Source of the DNA: Ascoidea asiatica JCM 7603
Lineage: Eukaryota > Fungi > Ascomycota
DNA: 64,000 nt
Direction of reading: 5' to 3'
NCBI GenBank assembly: GCA_001600695.1
Contig: BCKQ01000007.1
Span: 784,387 to 848,386, forward strand
How positions within the stretch are numbered: position 1 is the first letter of the stretch; each line of letters starts with the position of its first letter. The notes under the pieces were generated by a model. It was not told the origin of the DNA. It ran no database searches and saw nothing but the letters and a program-made list of their open reading frames with translations. A program made the translations under genes and the position numbers. This document shows positions 13,901-27,797 of this stretch, in pieces.

Positions 13901-15253
13901 CGACACGTCTAAAAAAATACAGAACTTCAATGATAACTTAGACAATTAATTCTCAATCAACCGTTTGTAGAAAATTTGAAAAAAATTGACCTAGATATTA
14001 CTGTTTAAAGATCGCTTTGTGACTTTTTGCTAAAAAAAACTTTTATCAAAAACTGTTATCAAAAACAGGAATATTGAAATCATTTGGTAAAGAACATAAG
14101 TTCAGTTTAAAAAGAAACGTTTTGGGGTTAACATTAACGACCTGTTGTATATTTTGAATTATTTTATGTTTCAGAAACCTACTTTTGTTTTAATTTCAAG
14201 GTTTTATCTTTCATTGAATACATTTCGAACTGCTGAATCGTTTTTCATAACTCTACTAAAAACTAACGGTCCCTTAGGTAAAACAAAGCGATAACTATTA
14301 AACTATAAAAGCTCGTGTTAAACCAGCATAGTGAAACGAACGGTGCTTTAACACCACTTTTCAATTCACAAAAACGTGTAGGCCGCTCCGGTTATGGCAG
14401 GTTATTAACTGTAGAAAGGGAAAGTTTAGATTAATTAACTGCGTTTTCAAATAGAGTTAAGTCGTAAAAGTTTTCCATAGATTTTAAAACTGTACAGTAA
14501 AGTAAATATACTACATGAGCAGGGTAAAAACCTAGAACTTAGTTTCACTCAAATCTGAATAATTACTATCATCGGACAACAATAGCAAAATAAACAACAG
14601 TAGGAGCATACATTCCCGTTCCATAGCTATCAATTTTAACTTCTGGGATTCCACAAAACAAAGTACTTTATTTACTTAATCCAAGGTTAACGGAAGATAT
14701 TTGATTCGAAATCTGCAAGAAATGTAAAAGAATATTTCTGTTTACCTCAGTTAGGTAATCTTCTAATTGATGCTTGGTGTTAATGTTGACAAATGAAATT
14801 CATGATTATTTTAACATCCCTATAAATGGCGCCACTGGAATATTAGAGTACATTTATTTTATCAAAATTTGATACCCCTTAAATTTTGAATTCATAAGAA
14901 TTCGTACGTTGTCAATTTCAAAATACTCAAAGCGGAGAGCCATATTTTAAAAGTTAGTCGTTTGCAAGTATGTTTAAAAAATTTACACACTAATCAAGAA
15001 TCCAAAAAGCAATAATTATACTGAAGAAATATGCTACTGGACACGATATTGGTAGTAAAAGAAAAGGTACAGGACGACAAATTAATGATATATAATACTA
15101 ATAGTAATGGTATTAGTAATAGTTGTTGGAATTATTAGAGATCTATGCTAGCGCATATATTTAGTAGAAACACCATAGGTGCTGCAGGTCTAAAAGACAC
15201 GTATCGGCAGTACACGTAACAGAATTATGTACTACACAATAATGTGTGGACAC

Positions 15254-15291
15254 TATGTATAATTATGCATCTCTATGCATAATTATACATA
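15254..15291. repeat. Perfect 17-bp inverted repeat with 4-nt loop
   Basis: tatgtataattatgcat-ctct-atgcataattatacata. Confidence 0.9.
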
Positions 15292-17439
15292 AATATACAT
15301 ACTGTTGCATGAAGTTGAATTAAGTTTCCCGAAGAATACATCAATTTATATGACCTTGCATGAGTCTGCGTACAGGAGCACAGATAGCCGCATGTCAAGT
15401 GATACTATACTCACATCGAACACGTCATGTGTGGTTAAGTTAGATATAGCATACAAAGTCGAAAAGAGACTTTGAGATTTGTACCAGCCATATTCGTGGA
15501 ACCTTTCTAGAGCATATTAAAGCTAAGCCAGTAGCTACGAGCACAATAAAAGAAGAGTTAAGATTTAGTATCTATGCGAATAGAGGTGAAATCCGAAAGG
15601 CCATTCGGATCCAGGCTGGGACGGCTTCCGGATGGCTGGATTGGTTAAGCGTACTTTCATGTCAGATTTGGTATAGTTCTCACAGTGTATACCGCATTGT
15701 CTCGGAGTAAGAAGGAGACTAGAGGAGCTAGTCCCATAAGAATACAGTCCGACCACGGGCTACGGGATTAATGATTATTCCTGCAATTAGTTTTATTGCC
15801 TACCTCACTGGAAAATGGGCTGACATGTTTTACTATGGTAAAATTGGAATCTGAATTGGAATTGATTTCTAGTCAGGTTTTTTTTTTTTCAACCCTTTTT
15901 ACAAGGTAAACTAGATTCCCACCCTGATTCTGCAAAGCAATCCTGGAACTATTGAGAGTTTTCGAGAATTATTCTTCTGCGGGCGCGTACGAATCCACAA
16001 TTAATATAAATGGAATCAATCTCCTTTAATGTTTTTATATATTTTATTTAGTTTTCTTTTTAGACCATCGAGTAGCATGAGTTAACTGATTAATACATAG
16101 TTTGTAAGTACGTAAAATTTATATATATGATTTGTAAAATGAATCAAAATTCACAACAATAGTAATATTAATATTAATAGTAATAGTAGTAGTGACAGTA
16201 AGGTATTATTCATAATGATAGGTAGTTATTGTTTTTCTTTTCAACTTGATTAAAATCACTATTGAGAGTAAACTTAATGAGTTTTTATTTTTTATCAAAC
16301 CTAGTAGATCTTTAAAATTATCATTATTATTATTGTGATTATGATCTTCAACTTGATTTAGATTTTCCTTTTCCCTTGAATTTTCATTTCTGTTTGCAGA
16401 TCAAATGATTTTAAACTTATTATTAATTATAATTAAATTATAAGAAAAATTTCAATGATTTTTAATAAATAAGAATGACTCAAGTAGTTTAATTGTTTTA
16501 TATGTACTTTTAGAAGTTGCTGAATTTAAAGAAGGTGTGTGAGATAATAAAAACATAGTTGCAGGACAAATCGAAAAAAGAGTAGAAGGACGAGGAACAA
16601 CCATTTTGTAAGCTTGAAAGAGGTCTACTGTGTTTATTATTATGAGTTGAAATTTCTTTTTATTTTCGAAGTGACTATTATCATTACCGCGAATACTAAA
16701 TGAATATTTGAATCGCTAAATATTAAACTAAATGGTGATATTGCTGGCGATATAGCTAGTAATCTTGCTAGTGAAATAAATGTTTATATTAATAGCAATA
16801 CTTCAAATACTAATTATATTAGTTTTTCATATAGTAATGTTGAATATTTGCTGAGTATAAGATGATTATATGTTTATCTTGTTGCTAAAGGTGATACTGA
16901 TGCAGATTTTCATGATATTTTTGATGGTGATATTGAAGATAATGATGAATGATCATAAAAATAATTCTTTTATTTAATTATTAATTAGAAGTAAACCGTA
17001 ATTACCACAAATTTTAAATTTCTAATAAATATACAGTTCTTCTGAAAGTTTGTGGGTCGGATGAATGTACTGTTTGACAAAAACAATTTTTGTACTTTTT
17101 GTTTTCAATAGTGGAAGTCCCATGGTTTCCCATACAACGATTTTTATAATATGATCTCCGAATTTAACAAATAACTATTATAACTTAATTTCGATAAGAG
17201 AAAATATATCAAATATAATAGTTGCTTACTGTGAATTGAATGTAGTTATACCTATTTCTAAAGAAATGAATTATAATAAGACAATATTTTACTGAAAATA
17301 AAGCTGCTATATTTTGAACAATGGTAATTAGATATGTTTCAGCAAAATAAACAAATCCTTTTTAATAGATAAAGAGGTTATTTGGCTAATTGAGACCAGG
17401 GATAAATATAAACCACAAAATCAATTAAAACGATCAGCT

Positions 17440-17850
17440 GAACTAATTGCTAATCCCAAAAAAAATAATGGGCCAACTGATAGTTTCAATGATGATGATG
17501 ATAATAATTAAGATAATAATAAGGATACTAATTAAGATAATAATAAGGATACTAATTGTCATGAATAGAAGGAGCCTTATTATGACAATAACTACATTCA
17601 TAATAATAATTACATTAATAATAAAAATCATATTAATAGTAATGATCAGCCTTATAATAATGAGCATCCTTATAATAATAGAAATACTCATGAATGTACC
17701 AGTAATAATAATAACTATCATACTAAGAATATTAATAATAGTGATACTGATTTTCATGCAATTTCAATTTTGATAATGATATTGGTCATGGTGCTCTCTG
17801 TAATAGTGATTCCTATAATACTGAAGAAACTGCTCTTATAAGCTATGATA
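17440..17850. repeat. AAT/GAT-rich low-complexity tract, probably a decayed Asn/Asp-rich coding region
   Basis: Imperfect (AAT)n with internal duplications such as aagataataataaggatactaatt twice. Confidence 0.6.
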
Positions 17851-18967
17851 ATAATTTGATTAACCAAAATTTGAATATTCAAAATTTATGTTTCAAGATA
17901 AGTGAGCAGGTACACTTCATAGAAAATTCTCTCCTATTTGCAGTTAAGCTTTTTTATGATCAAATGCAAGCAGAAAAAATTTATTTTCATCAAAACAAAT
18001 TAGAAAGTAAAAATATTGAGTTCATTATGAAAAAATTATCAAAGAAATTAGAACCAGTTCACTGTATAACTTAAGAATATCAAAAAACCTTATCTGTTTT
18101 GAATTTTTTACATGTCTCGTTGTTATTGTGCTTAGTTGAGTAGAGGAACAGCTTATATTGCATTTGGTTGTACTGGTTGTATAATGCGTTTACTAAATGT
18201 TGAATACACAAATGAGTATTAGGTTTTTCCATATATTCAAAAGCGTTTACTGAATGAGCCCAACTGATTTAGTTGAATAAAATTAAAAAATTTTCTTGAA
18301 AGTTAGCTAATCAAGTATAAACTATCACTAAAAAAGCTATTACTCATACTAGGCTCGCTTCAAAAAAAAGAAAATGAAGAAATAAGTAAAAGAAAGAAAT
18401 TTTACGAAATATTAGATCAATTCTTCCTTTATTGGCAAAATACCTTTCCGGTTATTTTGATGACACTGCTACTGAAGTTCTTAAAATGTACAATAAAAAT
18501 GTAAATGCTGATGATGTTGCTAAAGGAAATAAAAAGGTAAGCAATGATAATATAAGATACTGAAAAAATATTATTAATGGAGTTTTTTATTTTGTCTTCT
18601 CTTTTGTTGCTGAATAACAAAGATCTTCAAGAAAAAAACTTTACTAGACTTTAATTTAGATTCTGCAGCTTATTTCCTTGCAAATAAAATTACTTGAACC
18701 AAATTCCATGACTTAAAAGTAGTGAATAATTAATAAGGTATTTTATCAACCAACCAGGTTGAAAAATCCGGCCTTGACATACTATGTTAAATATATAAAA
18801 ATATTGGTGATTCTGTTTCTTTGCTTAACTATAGAAATAAAACATTCGAAAGAAAGAATGGGAATAAAATTTCTGAAAAGTCTTTTAGGCACAATATCCT
18901 AATTATAAGTAATAATACGGAGAAAAATACTGAAAATAATACTGAAATCCACTATAATGATACAAAC

Positions 18968-19003
<36 letters not shown>

Positions 19004-19999
19004 ACTTCTTTAAGACTGAAAAATTCTAATTTTCAATCAAGTTTTTCTAAAATATTCAAATTCGAACAAGTTTATTTCAATAGAATTTTTGTTTGTCTTC
19101 AATGGGAAGCTTCGGCGTTAAATCCATTACTTTAGGCCCATGTATTGCCATTAGATGGAAGATATTCCAAAAATAATCAAAGTAGACGTCAAAGAGCAAT
19201 ACGTTTTTGAAAATTTGCTGCAGACCATATATTAACAGACATGTTCTATTAGCATGTTTAACATGTCAAGGAGCTTACACTAATAAATGGAAAAACTTGT
19301 ATTAAATCTTTCATTTCGGTTTTGCCGTTTGATCTTCAAGAAAAATTAAAAACTAAATTATTATTGCTGATAAGGCTAAGATGATTTGAACTGTATTAGA
19401 TTCTTTTGGATTTAAAAAACGAAACTTTTGTACTTTCCTTGAAAAACGATGGGTTATCAGCATTAGTAGGATATCAAACCATTACATTATAAATGAAAAG
19501 GGCCGATTAAATAATAGAACCTCTATGCTTTGAAAAGTTGCACACTTTAATAAATATTTTTTAACTAACATAAGAACAACTGGAATGAATGATAGAATCC
19601 AAAATTATACAGGTTATCTAGCTCATTCCGTTTCAATTTGGATATAAAGTTCCTTCAGGATTATTTGAAAACCATATTTCAACATGTAATTAATGATGAA
19701 TAGAACCAATCAAATAATAATAATATTCCATCAAACAATAAAAATATTTGATCAAATAATAATAATAATCAATTAATATTATTCGTTCAAAGGTAATGAT
19801 GAACTCAAAACTAATAATAGTCAACAACTCAATAATAAGAATCACACAACTGAACCTTATAATGGAATAGGTGATGAAGAAGTTGTTCAAATTGAAGGAA
19901 ACTCGTCACATATAACTTCTTTTGTTGTATATTATAAATCACTTACTTTCAAAGATTTTCATACCATCGAGCTACCACTTTGTGGGTGGAATGTCAATG

Positions 20000-20480
20000 T
20001 AAAGGGCAGAAGGAAAAAGTGAATCGCATATCCAGTGTGGCCTTTCAATTCAGTTCCCAATAATATTTGAGGTCATTAAGGCACAAATAATCGAATGAAG
20101 ACGGCAGGACTGAATTTCGTGAATTCCTGGGCTAAACAATTTTAAGGCCCAAAATATGAACACGAGGATTAACAATCCACTGAGTGTACATAATGGGTGC
20201 TCGGTAGTGAAGGCATTAAAGGAAATAGTTATTACATTTTCGCAATTGATATACATTTAGCTCATCTTTTTGAAATAGCATTAGCTTTCAAAGGAAGCTT
20301 TCGGAAACTTAGTAATGCCATCAGTACAGATGCATTGAAAATGTCTACTTTATATTTTATGAAGTTCCAGCACTTTATCTGCGATGACAACAGTCTGACA
20401 TTATAAGGTCTGAATTCTTACAGTAGTGGGTAGCTGAGCGGGTGCATACTATAGAAGGTGCAATTATCAGTTGTTATTGT
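20000..20480 (+). pseudogene. Possible LTR-retrotransposon integrase fragment
   Basis: GIKGNSYYIFAIDIH...K followed by G.AERVH-like remnant, resembling the integrase core. Very degenerate. Confidence 0.35.
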
Positions 20481-21359
20481 TGTTTTATTCTACAAAGCCA
20501 GCAGTATTTTGTATTCATATAATGAAATCCATTCTCAAAGTGCGAAATATTTCAGTCCAGGGGACCAATTGGGACTTGCGGCCTTCAAAAGCTGCTTATA
20601 TAGATATGCTCTGCTCTAAATATTAATATTTTGAAAGATGAAAAACTGCATCCCGGGACTTATTGCCAAAATAGATTTGTCGATATTGAGGCACTGGATT
20701 TTAATCAAGTATCAATTTTTCAAATTTTATAATTAAAGAACCTTCACAGGTGGTCTACCAACTAAGGGAGCAAAAGGGCCCCAATCAAAGGCAATTCAAT
20801 AATTATGCGCTAGTTTTACTTTACTTTTCATATTTGTTTTCAAACTACTAAATAGTACAATTAATAAATTTTGCTTATCATTTACTGGAAATATTTTTTC
20901 TGATAGTTGGGCGTTTTTGTCAAACAGTTGATTTTAACAAGAGTAATAAGTCCATAAATTAGCTATGTAAAATCAATGTATGTATTTTATTTCTACTTTT
21001 TTGGTTAGATTTAAGTTTCTTTTAAATTTAGTTTTCTAAACTGATTAGGTTGTTCTATTGGATCGCAGTCAAGCAATTGGAAAATCGATTGTTCAATTTA
21101 GAAAAAATGGCGTGAGTGAGGTTAGGGCAAATATTTCCTAGGCTCCAACGCGTTTAATGGCTATTATCAGGGATCTATTAAAACGCCGGTGCCCAAAAGT
21201 CTTTCAAACTGCTTGTTGGCAGGCCATTTCAAGAGTGCCGTTTTTAAAACTTTTTTTACCTCCGACCCCCATGGAAATGCCTTGCTTTATTGTCTTTATT
21301 TTTTTGATTCCGTTTTATACAAGCGACATTAAAGTCTGTATACTAATAGTGAGTTCCGT

Positions 21360-21672
21360 AACTATGAATATTTCATTCTAGAAAATCGCCCGCTCGTTGA
21401 CTTTTACCATTTATAAAGCTGGTTGCACGTAGTTTTATTTTAATATTATTACGTTGGAACATGCAACTTTATTTTACTCTTCTTAAATAATACTCTTTTA
21501 TATAGGTGTAATATTGAATATAAAATTATATATTTATTTGGTGATTCAATGTTAATCGTATGCAACTAAATAAAATATATTTATATATTATATTTATATA
21601 AACCTGAAATTAATAATAATTTGTTGAAAATTTGGTAAAAGTCGATGATGGGATCTATAACAGATAATCTGC
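21360..21672 (+). repeat. 5' LTR (approximate) of the gypsy element
   Basis: Aligns with 27475-27797, e.g. aataaaatatatttatatatta and ggatctataaca(g/t)ataatctg in both. Clearly diverged. Confidence 0.6.
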
Positions 21673-22958
21673 CAAAGGCAATCAGTACAAACACTATATT
21701 TTTTAAAGAGAAGTATGTTCACGAATCTACATTAAAAAAAAACATAAAAAATGCTGATAGATTATTGCAAAAATTGCTTATTGTCGTGGACCCATTAAAA
21801 GAAAAAAGGCATTCCCGGTAGACGTTTATCCAGATTGCATAATATTGATACCCAAACTGTTGAATTCACAAAAGATATTTTGTTGGTGATTCAGCGAGCC
21901 CAGAACATTTATTTGTTTTAATTTATTTAGTAACTGCTCGTCAAGATTTCATGGATTGGAAAATGTCAGGATTTCTAGGTAATACCAAGTGAGGTGTGGT
22001 GCTATAGTCTAGCACAGGCGTGCAGCTATGAATATGGGTGACAGCCTAGTAGTGCAAGCCCTGGTGATAAGCCCTTGTAGGTATCATGACTACAGGACAA
22101 GGGAATACCTCTTGGGATACTGTCTGGGCGATCGTATTCTGTTAGGGCCAAACAAAGGGGCTGAGTAGTCCGGCTGTAGGGGTTTACACGTTCGTTTGTT
22201 GATCAAATATTCACAACAGAGGTGTGAGCCTTAACGTTGAATATGGGCTGCCTACATACATGTGACGAGATGTAACCTGGAGATACTTGAGGTATCATCC
22301 TGGTACAATGTGCCATGCCGTTGGTCAGATCCACTTGCTGGTCCCGATCAGGTAAGTGATTAGGTAATCAGGAAGACCGGAACCTGATTGCGGTATACTC
22401 GAGTGATTCTGATATAGGGACAGCCGAGAGAGCTGGTTTCACGTTCCAATTAGTAATGGTACGAAGCAGTTATTAGTTCATATTTTTATGTGACGGGCTA
22501 ATATGCCGTTGTAGAACACGTGATGTCTTGGATTCCATAACTGTTCTTGGTGTTCATGCTGATGTCATGGGGCTTGATGAGGGGTAATGTATTACTGATT
22601 AGGTTTCCGACGTTGATTGGCTAGTCGGACAGCCGAATGTAGAAACTCATCGAAAAAGTCCTTGTAGGTACTGTCAGGCAGCAGTTCTACTTGTACTTTC
22701 TATCAAATTGTATGTGGACAATACTAACTTGGAGTTTGAGATTAGAAGACGTAATTTGAACCGAAAATATTACAGGTAGGAAGTGATATCTTCCTTGATT
22801 TCGGGCTCCCAATAGCAATCATTTTGCTATACGTATACGAAATAGCTATCAAGATTTATAATATATATTTCCTGCAGATCAAGGTCCAAATTAATACAAG
22901 TAGACTTTGATTTCTCAATATTTTTATATACACTTTTATATAGAGATTGTAGAAATAA

Positions 22959-23950
22959 ATGAAAATCAATACTAATAATAAGAATAATATTCAACAGAAA
23001 ATTGATCCTCTTCTCAATATATATGATAAATTAAATGTTGGAAATACGGCGGATGCACTGTGTTGCGAAACGTATAACTCAATAAGAGGTGCGAATACTG
23101 CTAAACTTCGTGGAGTTTTTTCAAATAAAAAAAAGGATGAAACACTAACCTGGCTTTAACACAAAATCATCAGAATTTGATCCCTTTGTGGGGATAAAAA
23201 TACCTAGAACAATATGAGTACTACAACTTTGAAATGGAAACCTAATCTGTTAGCTTTCCCAGGTGAATCAATAACCAATTTGAAAGTTCAAGAGAAGTGG
23301 ATTTTAAAGAGAGATGACAAAGAGGTTATTCACAAACTTGTAAAAATCCAAAACCAATTTGGTTTACATCAATTTGCTTATTCAAATTGGGGAAATCTTA
23401 TGAACTCATACTATCTTCACATTATTCTGAGCAATTATATTGCTAGAAACATGGCGGAAGCATATTGGCCCAATTTTATTCAGCACATATTAACATATGT
23501 TCATATGCTTAAACTAGTGGAAGACGAATGTTAAACTATCTATTAGTGTGCTACTCATGTGTCTCTGAAACTATTTTGTCTTAACTTAATTATGGGTATT
23601 CAAGGCATTGTCCATTTACAAGTGATACAACATTTTAAATCGAAGTGGTACAAATGGCTAAGACTTTTCACCCAAAAATTTTAATTGTCAAAATTAACAT
23701 GGCTTGGAATTATTATGCTATTATTAATTTAGTTTCAGATGTTCCATTTGAATTTGAATTTTGAAAAATTCAGCGGATCGATAAAGGAAAATCTAATTTA
23801 ATTGTAGTTTAAAAGGTATCAGGTGGCCCTAACAAATCAAATAAAAGTAGTCCTTATTTCGCTTGAACTTGACGCTGTGCTCTATGTAATATTAACAGAA
23901 ACAAATGCACCTATAATAAGGAAAAGAGACCCAAATTAAAACTTTTCAAA
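22959..23950 (+). pseudogene. gag: gag-like region of the gypsy element
   Basis: ORF fragments 22959-23159 and 23214-23534 lie upstream of pol; possible decayed Cys knuckle near 23877. Assigned mainly by position. Confidence 0.45.
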
Positions 23951-24049
23951 TGTCAAACAATATAAGAGGTTTTTTTGAATTGATCCCAGAACAAATTCTC
24001 ATCCCAAGTGGCAGGGATTATTTCAGTCATCAATGGGATGCATTTTTCG

Positions 24050-27000
24050 CAGAATATACAGTACTGCTGTTCGATAAAGGTCCTCGTCAAATGCCCATGT
24101 TTACTGCGAGGTGGTTTACTATATGAATAATAAGTGTGAAACTTTAGTTTTCTGAGACACCGGAGCTTCCGCCAATTTTTTTTTGTGAAAATGAGGACGT
24201 TATTCTCAATGAAAGCATCAAGCTTGCAGAATGTGCTGCCATTATTATGACAAAATAGCGAGCTAGGAGTACTATTAACGTGAGGGGTGCTTATGTCAAA
24301 ATAATTGCTGCGGGTATGGAAGTGGTACAATCAGTAATACTAGCTGTAAATAAATATAAGTGAAACGTATTCTAATTCCATATTGCGGAAAAAATTAAGG
24401 ATTTGAAAACCGACTTTACTCGAAATGAACTATACACTAAAAGACGATAAAGAAAACATTAAAATGAATCCCCAAGAACGCGAGGTCAAGCTTATTGAAG
24501 AGGCTAATGATGAGCAATCATTATTTTTCGAATTCCACCCAAAATTTCAGCAATTTTTACTGGACTTTCAAAAGGTAGGAAAACTGATTATAAATATAAT
24601 ATTACCTTTGTTGTGTATGTTTATACCTATGTCAAACCCTTTCTAGCCAATGAAAGTCAAAGAGTTATAATTAAAAAATATTTATAAGATGCTGAGAAAA
24701 AGGGAATTATTGAAAGGGTTTGCTATATTAATAATCAGGTGTCAGTGGCTCCAAGTTACCAATATTGTCCGGGTCTAAACCCACCAGAGGGCTAGTAGAT
24801 GTCAGGCAAATCAGTGAAAACCTAAAATAGATGAACGTACCAATTCAACTAATTAATTTGATGTTACAAAATTTTGCTGATTATAAAGTCTATTACTTAA
24901 GTGATTTAGAATCAGCATTCAATCTAATTGACTTAGGTCACAATGCTGATGGTATTGGTCTTACGACTCTTTCCAATTATTTCAATTTCTGAAGATTATC
25001 TTTTAAAAATCAGGCTTAACCATCAGGGTGTTGTGATTTCATAGAAAAGAAAATAAAAGCCAAATTTAAAGCAAGAACTGCTATATCGAGAATTAAATTC
25101 ATGATATGGTTTCAGCTGTTCATAATGAATCTTAAATGATGAGATGAGTTTTGAACTATTAACTCAATTAGATACAATTGGAGTTTCAGTTTTTCTCAAA
25201 AAGCTAAAGATCATGAAGTCTACTATTAATAATTTAGGATATGAAGTTTCAAATGTGAAATTGTTTCTCCCCAGGCTTCACGAACCTGAAATTGAGAAAT
25301 CCAGATTACCTCCAAATTCAAACCAAACTAAAAATGTTTTAGGTTTTTGCAATTTTCTTTCGAAATTTGTTCCGCATTATTACGCTTTAATGGGGCTAAT
25401 GAATCACCATGCTATAATGTTAGGAAGGGAGAAAGGCAATAGGCTCTTCAAACCTGTGGCAGACTATAATAAAAATTACGAGGAATAAAATATGTCCATT
25501 ACAAACACTGGGGGTCTATATTTGTTTGATCCTTTACATCCTACTGTACTTATCCTGAATGCTTTGTAATTAGGTGTTGGTGGCATTATTGTACAGAAAA
25601 AATCAGAGGGGTTGGTTCCGATTAATTTCTACAGTAAAAGTTTTAGAAAATGACAACAGCGGTACTCCAGACTAGAGTGTGAGCATTTGGAAATTTTAAT
25701 GCGTAAGAAGGAACTCTATATAACAGTTAGTGATGCTTTGATAGTATATACTGATAATCAAGATTTTCTTTCTACTATGAATAACTTAAATTTTTTGAAT
25801 ACAAAGATTTTTAAGTATTTTGAAATAGTTTCAACCGTTACATTCAAACTCATGCATATGGAAGGAGTGAATACCCATGATGCTTTAATTAGCAGTGGAG
25901 GTATTAGTTATCAAATGTTGATGGAAATTGGTAACCAGGAACTTATTGCTGGCACGGAAAATGAGTCTCGAATTTTTGAAATAACGCTTCCTGACGGTTC
26001 AACTGAAAGTCAATCAGTTGAAACGAAGAGCTACTTAAGACAAAATGAAACACTGAATTGTAGTTTTTCTTTAAAAATTAAACATTTTGTATACTTTAAG
26101 GATACGAGTGAACTACGTTTTATACTTCCAAAATCACATTTGGCGGGGATAGTGTGAACTGAAGACGAAATTAAAAAAGAGATTGCTAAAGCGTACCACG
26201 TTAAACAACATTATGGCTCTCCTAGCACTCTCATTAAACTAATTAAAAAAGCACGGTAACTTTAATCCCCAGATACAAAGGTGATTTGTAAAAATGTGGT
26301 TCCTACATGTTTGCTTTGTGATATTCATCGGCGGTGGTTAGTTTTGGTTGTTCCTGTTCGAAAAGTGAAAATCGTGAAACCATTTGGTACTTGGCAGCCG
26401 GATCATATTCGACCACGACCAGAACCAGATGACAAATTAATTCAAAAGAATCAAGATTCTCGTTACCTTGCACACTGTGTGAAAAATTCAAGGGGATTTT
26501 TTAGGAGCATCGCTTACACGTCGTAGAAGTATCTTATCAGTAGTTCAAGTATTTTGGTTATTGAAAATGATGTCTCCCCTCGTTCTAATAATTAGTTCAG
26601 TTACTGGATCATTATTATTATTATATCGTATCAACACGGGTGCTCAACATTTTGGGTATCAGAAGAATTATAGCTCAAATTAATATGCAAAATCAAACTC
26701 CAGATCGAAAAAACTAAATTATTATATCCAGGATAATTTGAAAAAACTACCTAACGGAGGCATAAAATTTTGGCTAGATCATATATGTCAAGTATTTGCA
26801 ATTTTCAATAATCGAACAGCTCTATCAGGGTTTAGGCAATATGAACTTGCTTATGGTGTCAAAAATGGTTCATATGTTGGTTGAGATACTTCAAAGCCCA
26901 TTCACAATACTTTGACCCATTTTAGTCGAGGTGCTTCGTTATTAAAACAAGCATCTACTGGATGCAAGATACAAATAAATCACAGTTCACGCAAAAATAG

Positions 27001-27300
27001 ATCGGATAATAAGGACGTATAACAGGAATTAGAAACATGGACAAGTTATTAAATGATACAAAGCTGAGGAACAATGGCTTTCAAGTGGGTGAATTGGTTT
27101 TGTTAACAAAAAGGATAAATAAGCATCGGACAGCTCCTTCACTGGAAGGTCCTTTTTCTTATAACTCAAACGTTCAGTAATATTGGCTATAAATTAACAA
27201 ATATCAATGCCATTAAATTGGAAGGAAAGTTTTATTAAATATTTCAGACGATGCTATCAATACTACGGGTATCCTGTTCGATGAATTCCAGATCACTGTG
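24050..27300 (+). pseudogene. pol: gypsy pol (protease, RT, RNase H, integrase)
   Basis: LLFDKG (protease-like); SDLESAFNLI, NLGYEVS and VLGFCNFLSKFVPHY (RT); LGVGGII..Q..PINFYSK and YTDNQ (RNase H); H..H..CLLC, KPFGTWQPDHI and LEGPF (integrase with GPY/F). Confidence 0.9.
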
Positions 27301-27474
27301 CCGTTCAACGACATAAGGAAACAAATGTTTATCACAAATTTTGGTCTAACCAATCAAAGTACCAGTGTAAATCAGTACGAAAGGCGGAAGTATTAGTGGT
27401 GTTTCATTGAACCACACCGATGAAACTGATAACTGTAGTTCAGGTTGAAACAATCTAAGACTTTCAGCTACATT

Positions 27475-27797
27475 CAACTAAAATATTTTCTGCTTCCTAG
27501 TATGTTTTGTGTCTTTGTGTTTTAATTTTTACGATTTATAAAGCCCCCTATTTGTAATTTTATATTAATTGTATTAGGTTAGAAAAGACAGCTTTATTTT
27601 ACTTTGATTACTTATTATTATTATTTGGAAATTTAATTTTGATTATAAAACTATAAATCTAATTATAAATTCAATATGAGTCGTATATAAATGAATAAAA
27701 TATATTTATATATTAGATTCAGATAAAACTCAAAATGATAATAATTATTTGACAATATAGTAAGATTAGCTACTTGGATCTATAACATATAATCTGA
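27475..27797 (+). repeat. 3' LTR (approximate) of the gypsy element
   Basis: Direct repeat of 21360-21672, downstream of purine tract gaaggcggaag at ~27380. The true LTR may start nearer that tract. Confidence 0.6.

Larger units (their letters stand above)
21360..27797 (+). mobile_element. Full-length decayed Ty3/gypsy LTR retrotransposon
   Basis: Diverged direct repeats flank gag-like ORF pieces and pol in PR-RT-RH-IN order. Confidence 0.8.

Noticed and set aside
14930-15090. Tc1/mariner-like N-terminal remnant (KKYATG...GTGR)
   Set aside because: Too short, with no catalytic domain or TIR pair found.
15578-15600. agaggtgaaat resembling SSU rRNA
   Set aside because: An 11-nt match only, with no flanking rRNA similarity.
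17443-17773. Ile-rich 'membrane protein' ORFs (also 626-892, 12560-12763 and 61762-62049)
   Set aside because: Artefacts of AAT/T-rich low-complexity sequence.
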